A stretch of DNA of 63,771 nucleotides, counting the filler, from Parasitella parasitica NRRL 2501 (taxonomy: Eukaryota; Fungi; Mucoromycota), in the NCBI GenBank assembly GCA_025201805.1. It is 10 parts of 9 records of this genome, joined end to end, with 100 filler letters (N's around TTAATTAATTAA, not from the genome) between each part and the next. Parts side by side here need not be neighbours in the genome. Positions count along the whole stretch, not along the records: positions 35,175 to 41,158 come from MU619271.1; positions 41,259 to 44,179 come from MU619433.1; positions 44,280 to 48,797 come from MU619383.1; 7 more parts are not named here. One strand, given 5' to 3'. The position numbers were made by a program, and so were the translations under genes. The notes under the pieces are model-generated. The model saw only the letters and a program-made list of their open reading frames with translations. It searched no databases and was not told the origin of the DNA. Below, piece by piece: positions 36,871-48,897 of this stretch. Numbering within the stretch: position 1 is the first letter of the stretch; the number at the start of each line of letters is the position of its first letter.

Positions 36871-37548
36871 CAATGGGGTATTTATTGAGTTCATCGCACA
36901 CTCTCTGTGAGTAATTCGGCTATGGCCCTGTCTTCCACAAAATAAACAGACAATGACTAATCAACAGTGAAATTATATGTTTATTAAATACTCGCTATTC
37001 TATGGTATAAACGTACTCTCTTCAGCTAGGTTGTTCCCGTTACTTGAGTTCATGGGACAATCTCTATGAGTTCTTCTTCTGTGACCCTCTCCTCCGCAAG
37101 ATGAGCATCTAACAGCTACTACTCGATCTGAAAATTAATTTTAGAAGCTCATGATAAGTATGCTGTGTCCTACTCTCTTCTGTGCTACTCGAACTGAGCA
37201 TATTAAAATTTCTTGAAAGATCCAAAGTATATTTTCGGCCCTAAATGTTTATCCCGTAACTCGATAACTTTTTATTTAAGCAGTGATTTTTGCTTTTTAA
37301 GCCCTGGGACTGCGAACTAACTTGCTAACTACCTAATCATTTTACAAAAGTCAGATATAGTTTTGATATGATCACTTACGTATAAGGAGCATGTTTAGAC
37401 AATTCTCAAATTGGATCTACTGACTTTCGGGTAAGATTTTGACGGTGCTTTACCGCTTAACTACTTACTTTCAGCAATTTTTGAAGTGATTTCATGTCGC
37501 TAAGCTTATTTTGCCTCCTTTTTTTTTTTTGATAGCCCAACAATAGAA

Positions 37549-38884
37549 TTGAGTCAAGGCGTGATAAAAGGGAAGGTAAACACTCGGTGTGCTCTTCTGG
37601 CTCAAAGACAATTACCCCTTCGCGGTCGAGCCACAGTTATCAATTCACTAGTTCTATCTACTCTCTGGTATATTCTTCGTCTCGTCTCTCTCCCTCGGGG
37701 TTTTTTCCAACAAGTACGCTCTATTATTAGTCGTTTTGTCAACCATCATGGGATGAAATCCCCTTTTGCGTATGCAAAACTTTGTCGTTCTTGTGATCAA
37801 GGCTGGTTAGGATCAATTGATCCACAAGCACAACAGCTTTGTCTTCAAACTCGTTGGATACAACAATTGCTTCAACCTTCTTCTACATGCTTCAGCCATG
37901 AATACCTTAAAGATTTCTTTCATCGGTTCCATTCGACGGACACCGTTTCCCTTCTGGGGTTGGTCTTTCCTTGCATCCATGGATCTACACGCTTTCTTTA
38001 TGGCATATGATGCACTCAGTTCTTCTGATCATATTATACCCCATTGCTCCATCATGACTCTGATACATCTGCCAGTAGCCTGCATATTTGTTGACGTCCC
38101 CCTTGGTCATTGGCTTAACAAGAAACGTTGTACGCCCCTCCTAGTATCGCATTTTTTTAAATGTGATGAATCTCTGCAGCGTTTCCGAGTGCTGGATCCT
38201 TTGCTTGATGAAACTCCATTTCCTGGCTTATCCCGTCAACTGGTGAATATCCTTACCCGCCGTACTTTCACCACCACACCATTTATAGATGATTTGCTTG
38301 CCCATCCGATTGCTTCTGCAGGAGATTTTGATGAGCAATCGTTTATTTCGTCTTTTCTGTTTTCGTCTTCCTGGGTTGATTATCACCCTCGTGACTTCCG
38401 ACTTCAACAAGTACTATATCGGCTCTTACCTTTTTCTCCAGTCGTGGCATTCTTCCCGGCTTCCTGGTCTTATTCCTGGAACCTTCCGATCGCTCCGGAA
38501 TCACGGTCTCTATGGTATCGACTGGTCCATGGTAAAATACGGTATAAACTTGCTGTATCCTTGTTCGATGATTCTGTGTCCCCGATATGCTGTCTAGACA
38601 TTGAAGATCAGTTCCATCTCTTTGTTACTTGCCCATACAAATTTGAGGTTTGGTACCGAGTTTTATCTCGTTATATTCCTTACCTCGATTTCTCAGAGGC
38701 CGCTATTTTGGATTTACTCTTTCGCTTCCAACAATCTCCACTGGTGGACAACCTCGCGTTGCAAACTTTGGCAGCCAAAGTTATGCGATCTATTTGGCGA
38801 TTCCACTGGTTATACTTCAAAGAGAATGTACCATTTCAACCTGATTTGGTCATTCAAAAAGTGTTTTATAAAAATAATAGATAG
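37549..38884 (+). mobile_element. L1/Tx1-type LINE ORF2 3' fragment (post-RT region plus zf-RVT), frameshifted near 37980
   Basis: LPLRGRATVINSLVLSTLWY, GWLGSID, RSLWYRLVHGKI, ICCLDIEDQFHLFVTCPYKFEVW, SIWRFHW. Confidence 0.85.
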
Positions 38885-39107
38885 TTTGTTTTCTTCTGTT
38901 GTGATCATACTCAATTTTAAGAACACCACTCATTAAGACGTTTGACTTTCATAATAAACAAGTGTATAGCTTTTTTCATGACTGTGGAATAATCTCTTTA
39001 TGGGTCACCTGTTTGAATAATATGAACAAAAATATTATACATAATGAAGTGAAAGAACACCATTATTTTATTACATAATTGGTTTTAAAAATAACAGCGA
39101 TCGAGTT

Positions 39108-40673
39108 TTATCTACTTGTTCTTCTGCGCTTTGCACGATCAAATAACAACAAATCCTCCCAATCAGAAAATTTTTTCAAGCCCTCCTCACCCAACTTCAG
39201 GTTTTTCACTTTGGCCAACGTCCTTTCAACAAAGTCGTCAATATCATTCTCACTCTTTTCTCCATTATTTTCATCTCCATCATTTTGACCTTCTTCACTG
39301 TCGCTAACGGTGCTGTTGCTTACAAAACTCACTTCATTTAAAGGGTCATCATCAAAAACCAAGTTTTCGATTTCCTGCTTGTATTTTTCCTCCAAAATCA
39401 AAGTGAATTTGGCATAGCTGAGCTTGACCACACGCTTTAATGAAATTACTGCCATTAACAATTTCGAGAAGTCAGGGAGATGTTTTACAGAGACTGGCAT
39501 TAGGAAGGAACCTTTCACATAGGTTAAAATTAGATCAGAAGATAACAAACGAGATCCGTAAATAGTCAACTTGGTGCCTTGCCACTGACAGGATATACAT
39601 TCTAGTTCTTCCATGAGTACATGACTTTTAACTTGCTTCGACCAAAGATACAATGTGTTCTTCTTCAACAATCCTCCCTTTTTGACATCAGCTTTCACGC
39701 CTTTCAAAGTTGGCTTTTCTTCCGCCGTTATTACATCATTATCCGTGTTGAGATCGCGCAGTATAAAATCAAGCTTTTGCAGTCTGGTGTCTCCATCGAT
39801 TTCCTTCAAAACCTTCATCACTTGGCTGAGACATTCCGAACGCTTTGTTTCAAACTCATCATCATCAAAAAACGCCTTGTCCCACACATTTGAATACACA
39901 TGCATTCTAAACCAGTCTTCCCCGTGTCCTTTTTTGGTCAAAGCTTTTGAATTCCAAATTTCCAAGCCCGCAGCCAAAGCGAATCTAATAAATCTGCAAT
40001 TTGATGTCAAATCATCTTTGTTGTACCAAGTAGTTAAAAGTTTTTGGATTTCTGATGTGTTCCGGCATTTCGAAATTTCAACTAACATCTCACGTTCTTC
40101 AAGGGTGACCAGAGGCTGTAACAGTGTACCCAACTCTTCTTTCATCTTGCGCATGTGTTTATAAAATCGTCTGGGAATATTAGCTTTCTGCAGGTCCAGA
40201 ACTCCATCATCACCATAGTATTTAGCAAGGTGAGCAAACTTTTCTGATGTGGGTAGTTTATCGAATTTCTTTTCAGCAGTCTTTTTCTTCTCTTTCTTTT
40301 GCTCTTCTTCTCTAGCATCAAGAACATTATCCTCAAGGGTTTGTTTGTACTCTACTTGCCACTTCTTTTCTTTCAACAGCTTTTTTATTGGTGCAGCTGT
40401 ACAAAGGAACTCCATATGTTCAATAATATTAGTGACTTTTTGGTTCTCATCTTCTGAATATGTTGCCGAGTGCTCATCTTTCATATCGTTCACAAGAGAT
40501 TTGTACATTGCACCAAGCTTTTCCAAATCCATTTCTACTTCATCTGGCTGAAGTCCGAGGTCAAGTATTTGCTTTACTGCGTTTTCGTATTTCCAATCAA
40601 GAACTTTTGTTTCTGTAAGGTAATTTTTAAAGCATTCATTGATATAGGCTTCGTCTTCGAATAAAGTAAGCAT
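39108..40673 (-). CDS. Intronless 521-aa protein with a C-terminal PD-(D/E)XK REase-like domain (Crinkler-REase-like)
   Basis: GEDWFRMHVYSNVWD, RSECLS, KLDFILRD-x-DVITAEEKP-x-DVKK pattern; helical N-terminus; acidic tail ending in the NLS-like RAKRRRTSR. Confidence 0.6.
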   Translation of the reverse strand: MLTLFEDEAYINECFKNYLTETKVLDWKYENAVKQILDLGLQPDEVEMDLEKLGAMYKSLVNDMKDEHSATYSEDENQKVTNIIEHMEFLCTAAPIKKLLKEKKWQVEYKQTLEDNVLDAREEEQKKEKKKTAEKKFDKLPTSEKFAHLAKYYGDDGVLDLQKANIPRRFYKHMRKMKEELGTLLQPLVTLEEREMLVEISKCRNTSEIQKLLTTWYNKDDLTSNCRFIRFALAAGLEIWNSKALTKKGHGEDWFRMHVYSNVWDKAFFDDDEFETKRSECLSQVMKVLKEIDGDTRLQKLDFILRDLNTDNDVITAEEKPTLKGVKADVKKGGLLKKNTLYLWSKQVKSHVLMEELECISCQWQGTKLTIYGSRLLSSDLILTYVKGSFLMPVSVKHLPDFSKLLMAVISLKRVVKLSYAKFTLILEEKYKQEIENLVFDDDPLNEVSFVSNSTVSDSEEGQNDGDENNGEKSENDIDDFVERTLAKVKNLKLGEEGLKKFSDWEDLLLFDRAKRRRTSR

Positions 40674-41258
40674 TGTGGTGTGCGCAAGGGGGGTTTTTTT
40701 TTTGTGGAAAGAGATACGCGTTTTTTTTTTAAAGGGGAGGGCTTAAATAGAAGAAGATAGCAGCCACACTACAAACCAAAAATGCAGTGTTTGTCAAATG
40801 TTGAAAGTTGCTAGTATTTATTAGTTTTTTTAGTTTGCTTTTGCGCGTATTTACGTATTTTGTATCTTATATAATAAAATAATGGTGTTTTTACGAATTA
40901 CTAAAGTTGTGGTATATAGGGGGTATCCTTAGGGATTAGCGCCACGTATACAGTACTAGACGTTGACATTAAAAGAAAGTCTACTGCTAATATCTGGTGC
41001 GAACTACCACCATCATATAAATCTCACCCTCCTCGCTGTTATCTACCCTTCTCTCATTTTTACCAACAACTGCAATTGGTAAAAATTATCAGGTTCATAC
41101 AGTTTATTAAACTAGAAATTACAGTCTATAATTACCCTCAAAAAAGACCCCTCAAATTNNNNNNNNNNNNNNNNNNNNNNNNNNNNNNNNNNNNNNNNNN
41201 NNTTAATTAATTAANNNNNNNNNNNNNNNNNNNNNNNNNNNNNNNNNNNNNNNNNNNN

Positions 41259-42518
41259 CGTGCTGCGTTGCTCGGATTAAGCAGAGCCCTAACTCTAGCA
41301 TTGCAATGGGAAGTATCGAAAGAGGACATTGTTGAAATTGAGGCGTAAGTATCTACGTGGCGTTATAGCAGTAATGAGTTGTACTAATAATGGCATAGAT
41401 CATTGAAGACTTGGTTTCGATTCCTGGATTTGATGATTGAGCAAAAAAGGTTATCGAACAGCGTATACACAATAACAATGCATCATCTGGCACATTTACC
41501 GACCATCATACAACAGTGTTCATCTCTGCGCAACATCTCAATGCGCTCTCTTGAAAGAGAAATAGGCCGATATAAGCGAAAGATGCGTGCCCGTGTAGGA
41601 ATAGAGCAAAATGCCTTGAATGTTGTAGAGAAGGTTACGAATTTTCAGTTTTTGGAGACCGCCAAAATGATTGACTTCTCTGTCCTATACGATCGTGATC
41701 CAGACTTCAGAACATCAGGCTTTATCAATCATCCAGCCGCAGCGCAAATAGAAGCATCTGAGAATTATCCACAGCTTTGGAAACCTTTTGGTAAGGCAGT
41801 GACTCTCCAAGCAAACAATTCGACAGATTGGATAGAAAAACTGGTGCCAATGAATAGATTTGTTGAGGCACTCAAGGCTTACAAGCGTCGATTTTTAAGT
41901 CTACGGAAAAACGACCATGTTTATGTCCCCATCGAAAATGTTGTATTGACACCTGCTTCGAAAATGTGGTGTGATTCTCACATCATGGTATCCGCTCTAT
42001 TCAAGTCAATGTCCAACAATAGCAACAACAGTGATAGAGGTGGAGAGCATGTGATTTTTGAGTCTAATATCCGTAGAAGGTAACATTAGCAATATCATAT
42101 TAATTCATGTAATTGACCCATCTTTTGTATATTTCCTCTGAATAGACTAAACAATGTTGAGCAGCCAGTGCCTCATTGGTATTGTGGTCGCCTGCTGTTC
42201 TTTTTTGAATTTGACCTTTTGCTTACGAGTAACACATACACCGGTAGTCTTTACGCAATTATCGAGGTCATGAAATCCCATAAAACTAGCCCATTTACCA
42301 AAACTGTGCCCATGGTCCAGCCATTCCCTCAAAATGAAGCCAAAAAATATGCCGTAATTGACGTAGCTGATATCATTTCAACTGTTGGCTTGATACACAA
42401 AACCGAAATCGCGAGGAATAACAAGCCAGCAGTAACAAGCTGGTTTTATGTTATTTCTCCCTCAAACCCATTCAAATCGAACATGTTGTTGCATGCTGGC
42501 AAAATTGGTGAGCTGTAG
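41259..42518 (+). CDS. CACTA/CMC (EnSpm-like) transposase C-terminal half, 3 exons visible
   Basis: TITMHHLAHL...SMRSLEREIGRYK corresponds to the H-L-H-L...ER..G motif of CACTA TnpD; downstream WYCGRLLFFFEF...YAIIEV. Introns at about 41345-41398 and 42080-42146. Confidence 0.7.
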
Positions 42519-43331
42519 AAGTTGATAATTGTGATGATCTCTACATTTATTTCTTTTTTTCAACAATAAATATTTATTCCACTACTTTCAAGGTGATCCA
42601 GTATCACTAATCCTATTTGAACAATTTTTATTACAGCCGTGATTTTAGCATGATCCATTGATTACCTTGTTACTGTATATACTGCTGAAGCTGATGTTCT
42701 CAATGTTAATAATTCTATAATTGATATACTAAAAGTGTTCGAAGCGTCCATACAACTACCAAAATATTGGTTATCTTTAATTATAAAGAATGAGATCCAG
42801 TATACTTACATTTGAAAATAAAGAGCTATTGTATCCAAGCACTCTGTCAAGTACTTTGCTGCAGCGACTTCGCGTCAAAAGTCATAAAACATGNNNNNNN
42901 NNNATTGTATCCAAGCACTCTGTCAAGTACTTTGCTGCAGCGACTTCGCGTCAAAAGTCATAAAACATGCAAAATTGGTCAACTATATGATTCTAAATTT
43001 CATCAAGCAACTTCATTAAGGGTTTATCCACTACTTACATTATCAAATCATATTGATACTGAGAAGCAACATATTGAATAGCTGAACGACGTAAAAAAAA
43101 AAAAAGGAAAGAGGAAACAGAAACGAAAGACGCTGAGAAAAAAGGATGTTTGATGTACAAGATAAGGCATTTCCAGATTTGGCACCATAAATTCGCTTGT
43201 GTGAGGCTTTGATAAAATGAATGATCAAGCTGATTGACCGATCACTGGAATATTTTATTTGAATTACAATAGCTACATGGATAAAAATCAATAAACTTCG
43301 TTTTAGTTACCATGTATATAACAATTTCAAT

Positions 43332-43769
43332 TTATTTGAAACAAAATGAAAACAGTAATCTATCTTTTTCGTTTAACCTAGTAGTGATTCTTTTGGGCTT
43401 AACAAACTCACATTGCTTTCTGTTGCCTTCAAATGTCCACAGAAAATCAAGGTATTCACGAAGCAGCGTCTCTCTCTTCTTCATATTTTCTTCGCTTTTT
43501 ATCTTGCAATACCAATCATTCATCTCGTTGAATTGCTTCAACAAGTCATAATCAGGATCTCTTATTAGAACTTCTTCACCATCAACAAAGATGTAGCGAC
43601 CAGGATAAAAGAAAAAAAGTTCTTTGTCAATCTTTTTCTTTTTGCCATCATCTCTCTTTTCTTGGCCTTCACTTTTTCGTTTTTGAGATGTACAGGCGCC
43701 ATTCTTGACCTTCTCGCCTAAATTTTCGTTAATGTTATTGTTGTTTTCGTTTGCTTTGACATTGGTCAT
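43332..43769 (-). CDS. Hypothetical 145-aa Lys/Glu-rich protein, possible transposon accessory ORF
   Basis: ATG after an A-run, NLS-like GKKKKID; convergent with the CACTA transposase and inside its putative right end at 44177. Confidence 0.4.
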   Translation of the reverse strand: MTNVKANENNNNINENLGEKVKNGACTSQKRKSEGQEKRDDGKKKKIDKELFFFYPGRYIFVDGEEVLIRDPDYDLLKQFNEMNDWYCKIKSEENMKKRETLLREYLDFLWTFEGNRKQCEFVKPKRITTRLNEKDRLLFSFCFK

Positions 43770-45248
43770 TTTTTGTATAAATTATAGATAAAAAAGAGAA
43801 TTAGATGCTTTTTTTATGATAAAAGAGGGGAATAAAGACAAGACATGAAGACGTTTAATTTATTTATAAAGGCATTTCTAAACTTAAAAAAATAGAGATC
43901 ATTAATAATAGATTCAAAAATTCAATCATTGATGATTGATTTATCAGTGAATTTGTGTCTTCAATGATTTTGAAATATTTTAGATATTTTACAGCTATTT
44001 TTTATTTAAAAAACAGGTCCAAAAAATTAAATCAAGTGGAAAAAAAAAACAAATTGACACAAAACGATCAAAGGTTAATTTTCTTCTGCTTAAATTTGTC
44101 ATTACTGACAAAACAATCAATACACTGACAAATTCGTCAATAATGATCAAGATTTATCATTTTTTTTCGCCATGGTGAANNNNNNNNNNNNNNNNNNNNN
44201 NNNNNNNNNNNNNNNNNNNNNNNTTAATTAATTAANNNNNNNNNNNNNNNNNNNNNNNNNNNNNNNNNNNNNNNNNNNNATGTTATGTGGATAAACATTG
44301 ATTGGGATATATTTTAGTATAAATAGAGATCATATCTTATGTCAATAAAAGTCTTCAGTTTTGTATCTGGTTTTATTCAGAAAAGTCTTATTACTTTATA
44401 CAAATCATATTTTACATAACATTACGCTGCGCCCTTTGACACTGTCACAACAATGTGGTTTGTGGTTCGATTTCTTTATATAAATGCTTCGCGGTTTCAC
44501 GGTTAGATATTTAGGTAATCTGTTTATTAGCATGATTTGGAATCTCTAAGGTAGTTCCGTAAGTGATGACATTCAATTACTTTTTGTGGGAAGTTCTATC
44601 ACTTCAGCACATAGACCATGACATAAAAATCCCTATTTTACCCACCCACATTGGATTTAGCCTATTGATCATGCTTAAAGACCTATAGCATATTGATATA
44701 ATAAACATTCTAAAATTCTCAATAATCATACTCCAAGTGTTAGTTATTAATTATAGCAAAATATTAAACTCCGATGATTCAAGCGCCGTTTTAATTGTAA
44801 AGGAGCCTCGTTTTCAAACTCCGCTAACCTATAGCATTCGATTGGTGTTAGTTTTATCCAAAAATAATGAATTTTGACGGAGAAAACGTAAGAAAACCAT
44901 AACAGTAAATTACTTTTCTCATAGAAACACAAAATAATAAAAAAGAGTAGCGGTAACCCAGGAGAGTTCTGCATAGAAGCTTGGTGGTATATAAACTTAA
45001 GATCCCAGTCAGTTTTGGCGTTTAATGTTCTTCTTACCACACAAACTCAATCACAATCACAGCTTTTTTCTATTAGCTAGCTAGTTACTATAGATACAAA
45101 CATAAGCCTTATACAAAATTGTAAAAAGGTTTAGAAATCAACAAAAAAATGGACGCAATTGTTGTTGCCAGATAGGGCCAAGTCAATGCTAAGTTTTCCA
45201 AGTTAGATCTTGGTTCTAGGGTCATTTTAGCAAAAGTTATGAGCAAAT

Positions 45249-45766
45249 TGTCATGAACTACGCCTGTCAAAATATATCAAGAATTCATGCAGATCGAGAT
45301 TATGTCATTGTGTAGATCACATGTGATTCATGCGTACTCAAGCACTGCATAATCATAAACCATGTAATGTTCCACAGTTCAAGACAAACACCAATCAAGA
45401 CTTATGCCAAGCTTCTCATGTTTCGATATCCCACACCAAGTGAAACCAACACCAATCAAGACTCACGCCAAGCAATCAATGTTACCCACGACTCTTCCCG
45501 ACTGAAACCTACACCATTGAGCTCATGCCCCACGAATCATGTAACCAAACCTTATGCAGGTCCCATGTGTTTATGTAACGGAACTGCATCTAGTTCCCAT
45601 GTAATTATTAGTAATCGTGTTTCATATCGAAAGATATAAATACGATTCACTTTCATAACTCTTTCCTTTCCTTGTCAATTATCCTAAGTCTATTATCAAT
45701 ATCAAGTCTTTTATAATAAACACACTCACAGAATCAATTATCTTGCCAAGCTCACAGTTCCTGACA
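45249..45766 (+). repeat. 5' LTR of a Ty3/Gypsy element (518 bp)
   Basis: TGTCA...TGACA termini, TATA box at about 45635, AATAAA at about 45715; near-identical copy at 49637-49981. Confidence 0.92.
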
Positions 45767-46016
45767 TCATAATTGACCAAAAACAACCCCCCTCAAGCCA
45801 AGCTACTTCAAGACTCTACCTCTTTTTGCCTCTTCAAGCACTAACTGTCAAGCCCATTGAACAAGTTTCAAAACCTCTACAAAAATATTCTATCTCCGAC
45901 CAAATATTTAAACCCAGAAGTCAAATTTCAAGTTATATTCAAACCCAGGCAATTATTTGGAACCCCGAACTCCGTTCTCTAACTTTTCAAGATCCTTATT
46001 TTAGTACTTTTTACCG

Positions 46017-48761
46017 ATGTCCTTAACCGAGGAACAAGCCCGCACTTTGATCGACATGGTTGCTCAAGTTAACCAGATGCAGGAAACCATCCCTGGCCAA
46101 ATTGCCACACTCAATGAACAAATGGTCCAACTGTATCATATGGTCACTGACTTACGCAAAGCTGTGGACGCGACACCTGTCAACACCACCAAGGTCCGAC
46201 CACCTGCCCCCTTCACCGGCAACGCTTCACAATGCACGACATTTTTCTCGCAACTAGCCTTGTACTTTGCTAGTAACCCAAGCTACACTACTGATTATAA
46301 AAAGGTTTTATTCGCAGTTTCTTATCTTTCAGGTGCTCCTTACCGTTTTGTAGAACCTTTTCTCAGCAAGTTAGATGCCCCGGATGCCGATAAACCAGAA
46401 ATCCTCAGGAATTTTCAAGTCTTCCAAGATACAATCTTTTCGGCTTTTGGAGATTCTGATCCAACTTTCAACGCGGAAACAGCGCTCCGAAAACTCAAGC
46501 AGACAGGATCTTGTGCAACATACGCCACCGAATTCCGTCGTCTTGCCTCGCTCGTCAAGTGGAATAATGCCGCGCTGGTATCTCAGTTCAAGGTGAACCT
46601 TACTGGTCTTATTCAGGATGAATTGGCTCGCCGACCAGCCATAGCAGAACTCGAAGGATTGATCTCTGAGGCCATCGATATCGACAACCGTCTTGGTCAA
46701 CGTCATCGTAATAGGTACAATCCTTCACCCGGTACGACTCAACCAAATACCACTAGCCCAATGGAAATCGATTCTCCTCGCCAACGAATTCAAGTGCCTC
46801 AGTTCGAACGTGAGCGTCGTGCCAATGATAACAGCTGCTATTACTGTGGTGCTAAGGGTCATTACGCAAACAGCTGCCCAAAAAAGTCTTCTTATGGTGG
46901 TACGAACAAGCACATTTCTACGATATTAATGGCTGAATCCGATCCTGCCTTACCCCCTCCTGCTACCGGAATGATCTCCGTAATCTTGGATCCCACCTTG
47001 GCATTCCCCTTTGGCAAACAAACAGACAAGCTGGTCGTTCGTTCTGATACAGAAAACAACTTCCACGTCGATATCTACCATAATCACCCGGAAATCTTGT
47101 GCATCCCCGTCAACATCGGCAAAATGCAACCCGATAATCGCGCCAATGTTCAAGCGTTGGTAGACACCGGTGCAACTATGAACGTGATCTCAAACCTGAT
47201 CGTAAAGAAACTTGGCCTTCGCCTGGAAACAGCCTCTGGAAACAACTTCATCACAGCTAACGGTCAAAGGATTCCTGTCCTGGGCATGTGCACCACTCAA
47301 ATGCGTCTTTCTAGTTGTTTGAATCATCTTGAAACCATCAGTTTTTGGGTAATGGAAAAACCTGTTTGTGCTGTAGTCCTTGGTCTACCCTGGTTGGATC
47401 ATCATGGTGCAAATATCGATTTCAAGGCCCGTATTACAAGTATCAAGTGCAAAAACACCAACGTTTGTTGCGATCCGATTAGGCCGGTTATGCCGATTAA
47501 ACCACTCCAACAAACTTTCAAGCAAACTATTGTTACCAAGTACACTTTAGATAATCCTTGCCCCGCTCTATTCAACTCAGATATCACTTTGTCGTATCCC
47601 TCTTGTGTTCCTCTCACTACTTTGAATAAATTTGATCGTCTCGCTTACTTATCATGTCCCAACTTATTGATTAACTATCATACTTGCTTACCTCCTATAT
47701 TAGGACTCATTGCAACAACTTTGGCCCCCACGGATTCAACATTTGACAAAGATCAAGAACTTCAAGTACCTCAAAAATATCATGACTATTCCAAAGTCTT
47801 TTCGAAAACAGAAGCAGCCAAGTTACCTCCTCATCGTCCCTATGATCATAAGATTCCGTTAGTCGAAGGTGCTGTCGTTCCTTATGGTCCTACTTACAGT
47901 ATGTCACAGTTAGAGCTCCAAACACTCTATGACTATATTCAAGAAAACCTTGCAAAAGGTTTTATCCGGCGCTCTGAGTCTCCTGCTGGCGCTCCCGTGC
48001 TTTTTGTCAAGAAAAAAGATGGAACTTTACGTATGGTAGTCGATTACCGTGGATTAAACAAAGTAACCATTGCCGCCCCAACTGTTTTACCACTCATTTC
48101 TGAGACGCTAGACCGACTGAACCAAGCAAAATACTTCACCAAATTAGATATGATTGGCGCATACAACCTTATACGTGTAAAACCAGGTGACGAATGGAAA
48201 ACAGCCTGGATTTGTCGATATGGCCATTTTGAATATACTGTCATGAGTTTCGGCCTCTGCTCAGCCCCAGCCACTTTCCAAGCCTTTGTCAACGATATAT
48301 TACGCGACTATTTGGACCAATTTATTGTCGTGTACTTGGATGACGTCTTAGTCTTTAGCCAAACGCAAGAAGAACATAACCATCACGTGCGCCTCGTCCT
48401 TAAGAAATTACAAGAAGCAAGTTTGTCGTTAAAACTAGAAAAATGCGAATTTGACGTCTCCTCGGTGTGTTTCTTGGGTTTTATCATTAGCGCAGACGGC
48501 ATCTCTATGGATCCTGAAAAGATTCGCGCAGTTCAGGACTGGAAACCATGTCGTAGTGTCCATGACATCCAAGTTTTCTTAGGCCTCACCAATTTTTACC
48601 GTCGATTCATCAAGAACTACTCCAAAATATGTAATCCACTCACGTTTTTGTTAAAAAAGGATACTCCTTTTGTCTGGTCCACTGAAGCTAATAATGCTTT
48701 TATTGCACTCAAGAATGCCATCGTCTCTAATCCTGTCCTCAGTCACTATCACCATGGCTAA
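46017..48761 (+). mobile_element. Ty3/Gypsy gag-pol single ORF (gag, zinc knuckle, protease, RT), interrupted at about 48750
   Basis: LKQTGS..YATEF, PMEID, CYYCGAKGHYANSC, ALVDTGA, LPPHRPYDH, FVKKKDG.LRMVVDYRGLN, VYLDD. No RNase H or integrase; foreign sequence CACCATGGC starts at 48750. Confidence 0.95.
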
Positions 48762-48897
48762 CTTCAGTGCTATTTTTTTTCACATTTATCATCAGTTNNN
48801 NNNNNNNNNNNNNNNNNNNNNNNNNNNNNNNNNNNNNNNNNTTAATTAATTAANNNNNNNNNNNNNNNNNNNNNNNNNNNNNNNNNNNNNNNNNNNN

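Noticed and set aside
42828-42970. ~65-bp direct repeat
   Set aside because: Identical sequence on both sides of a 10-N gap: an unmerged contig overlap.
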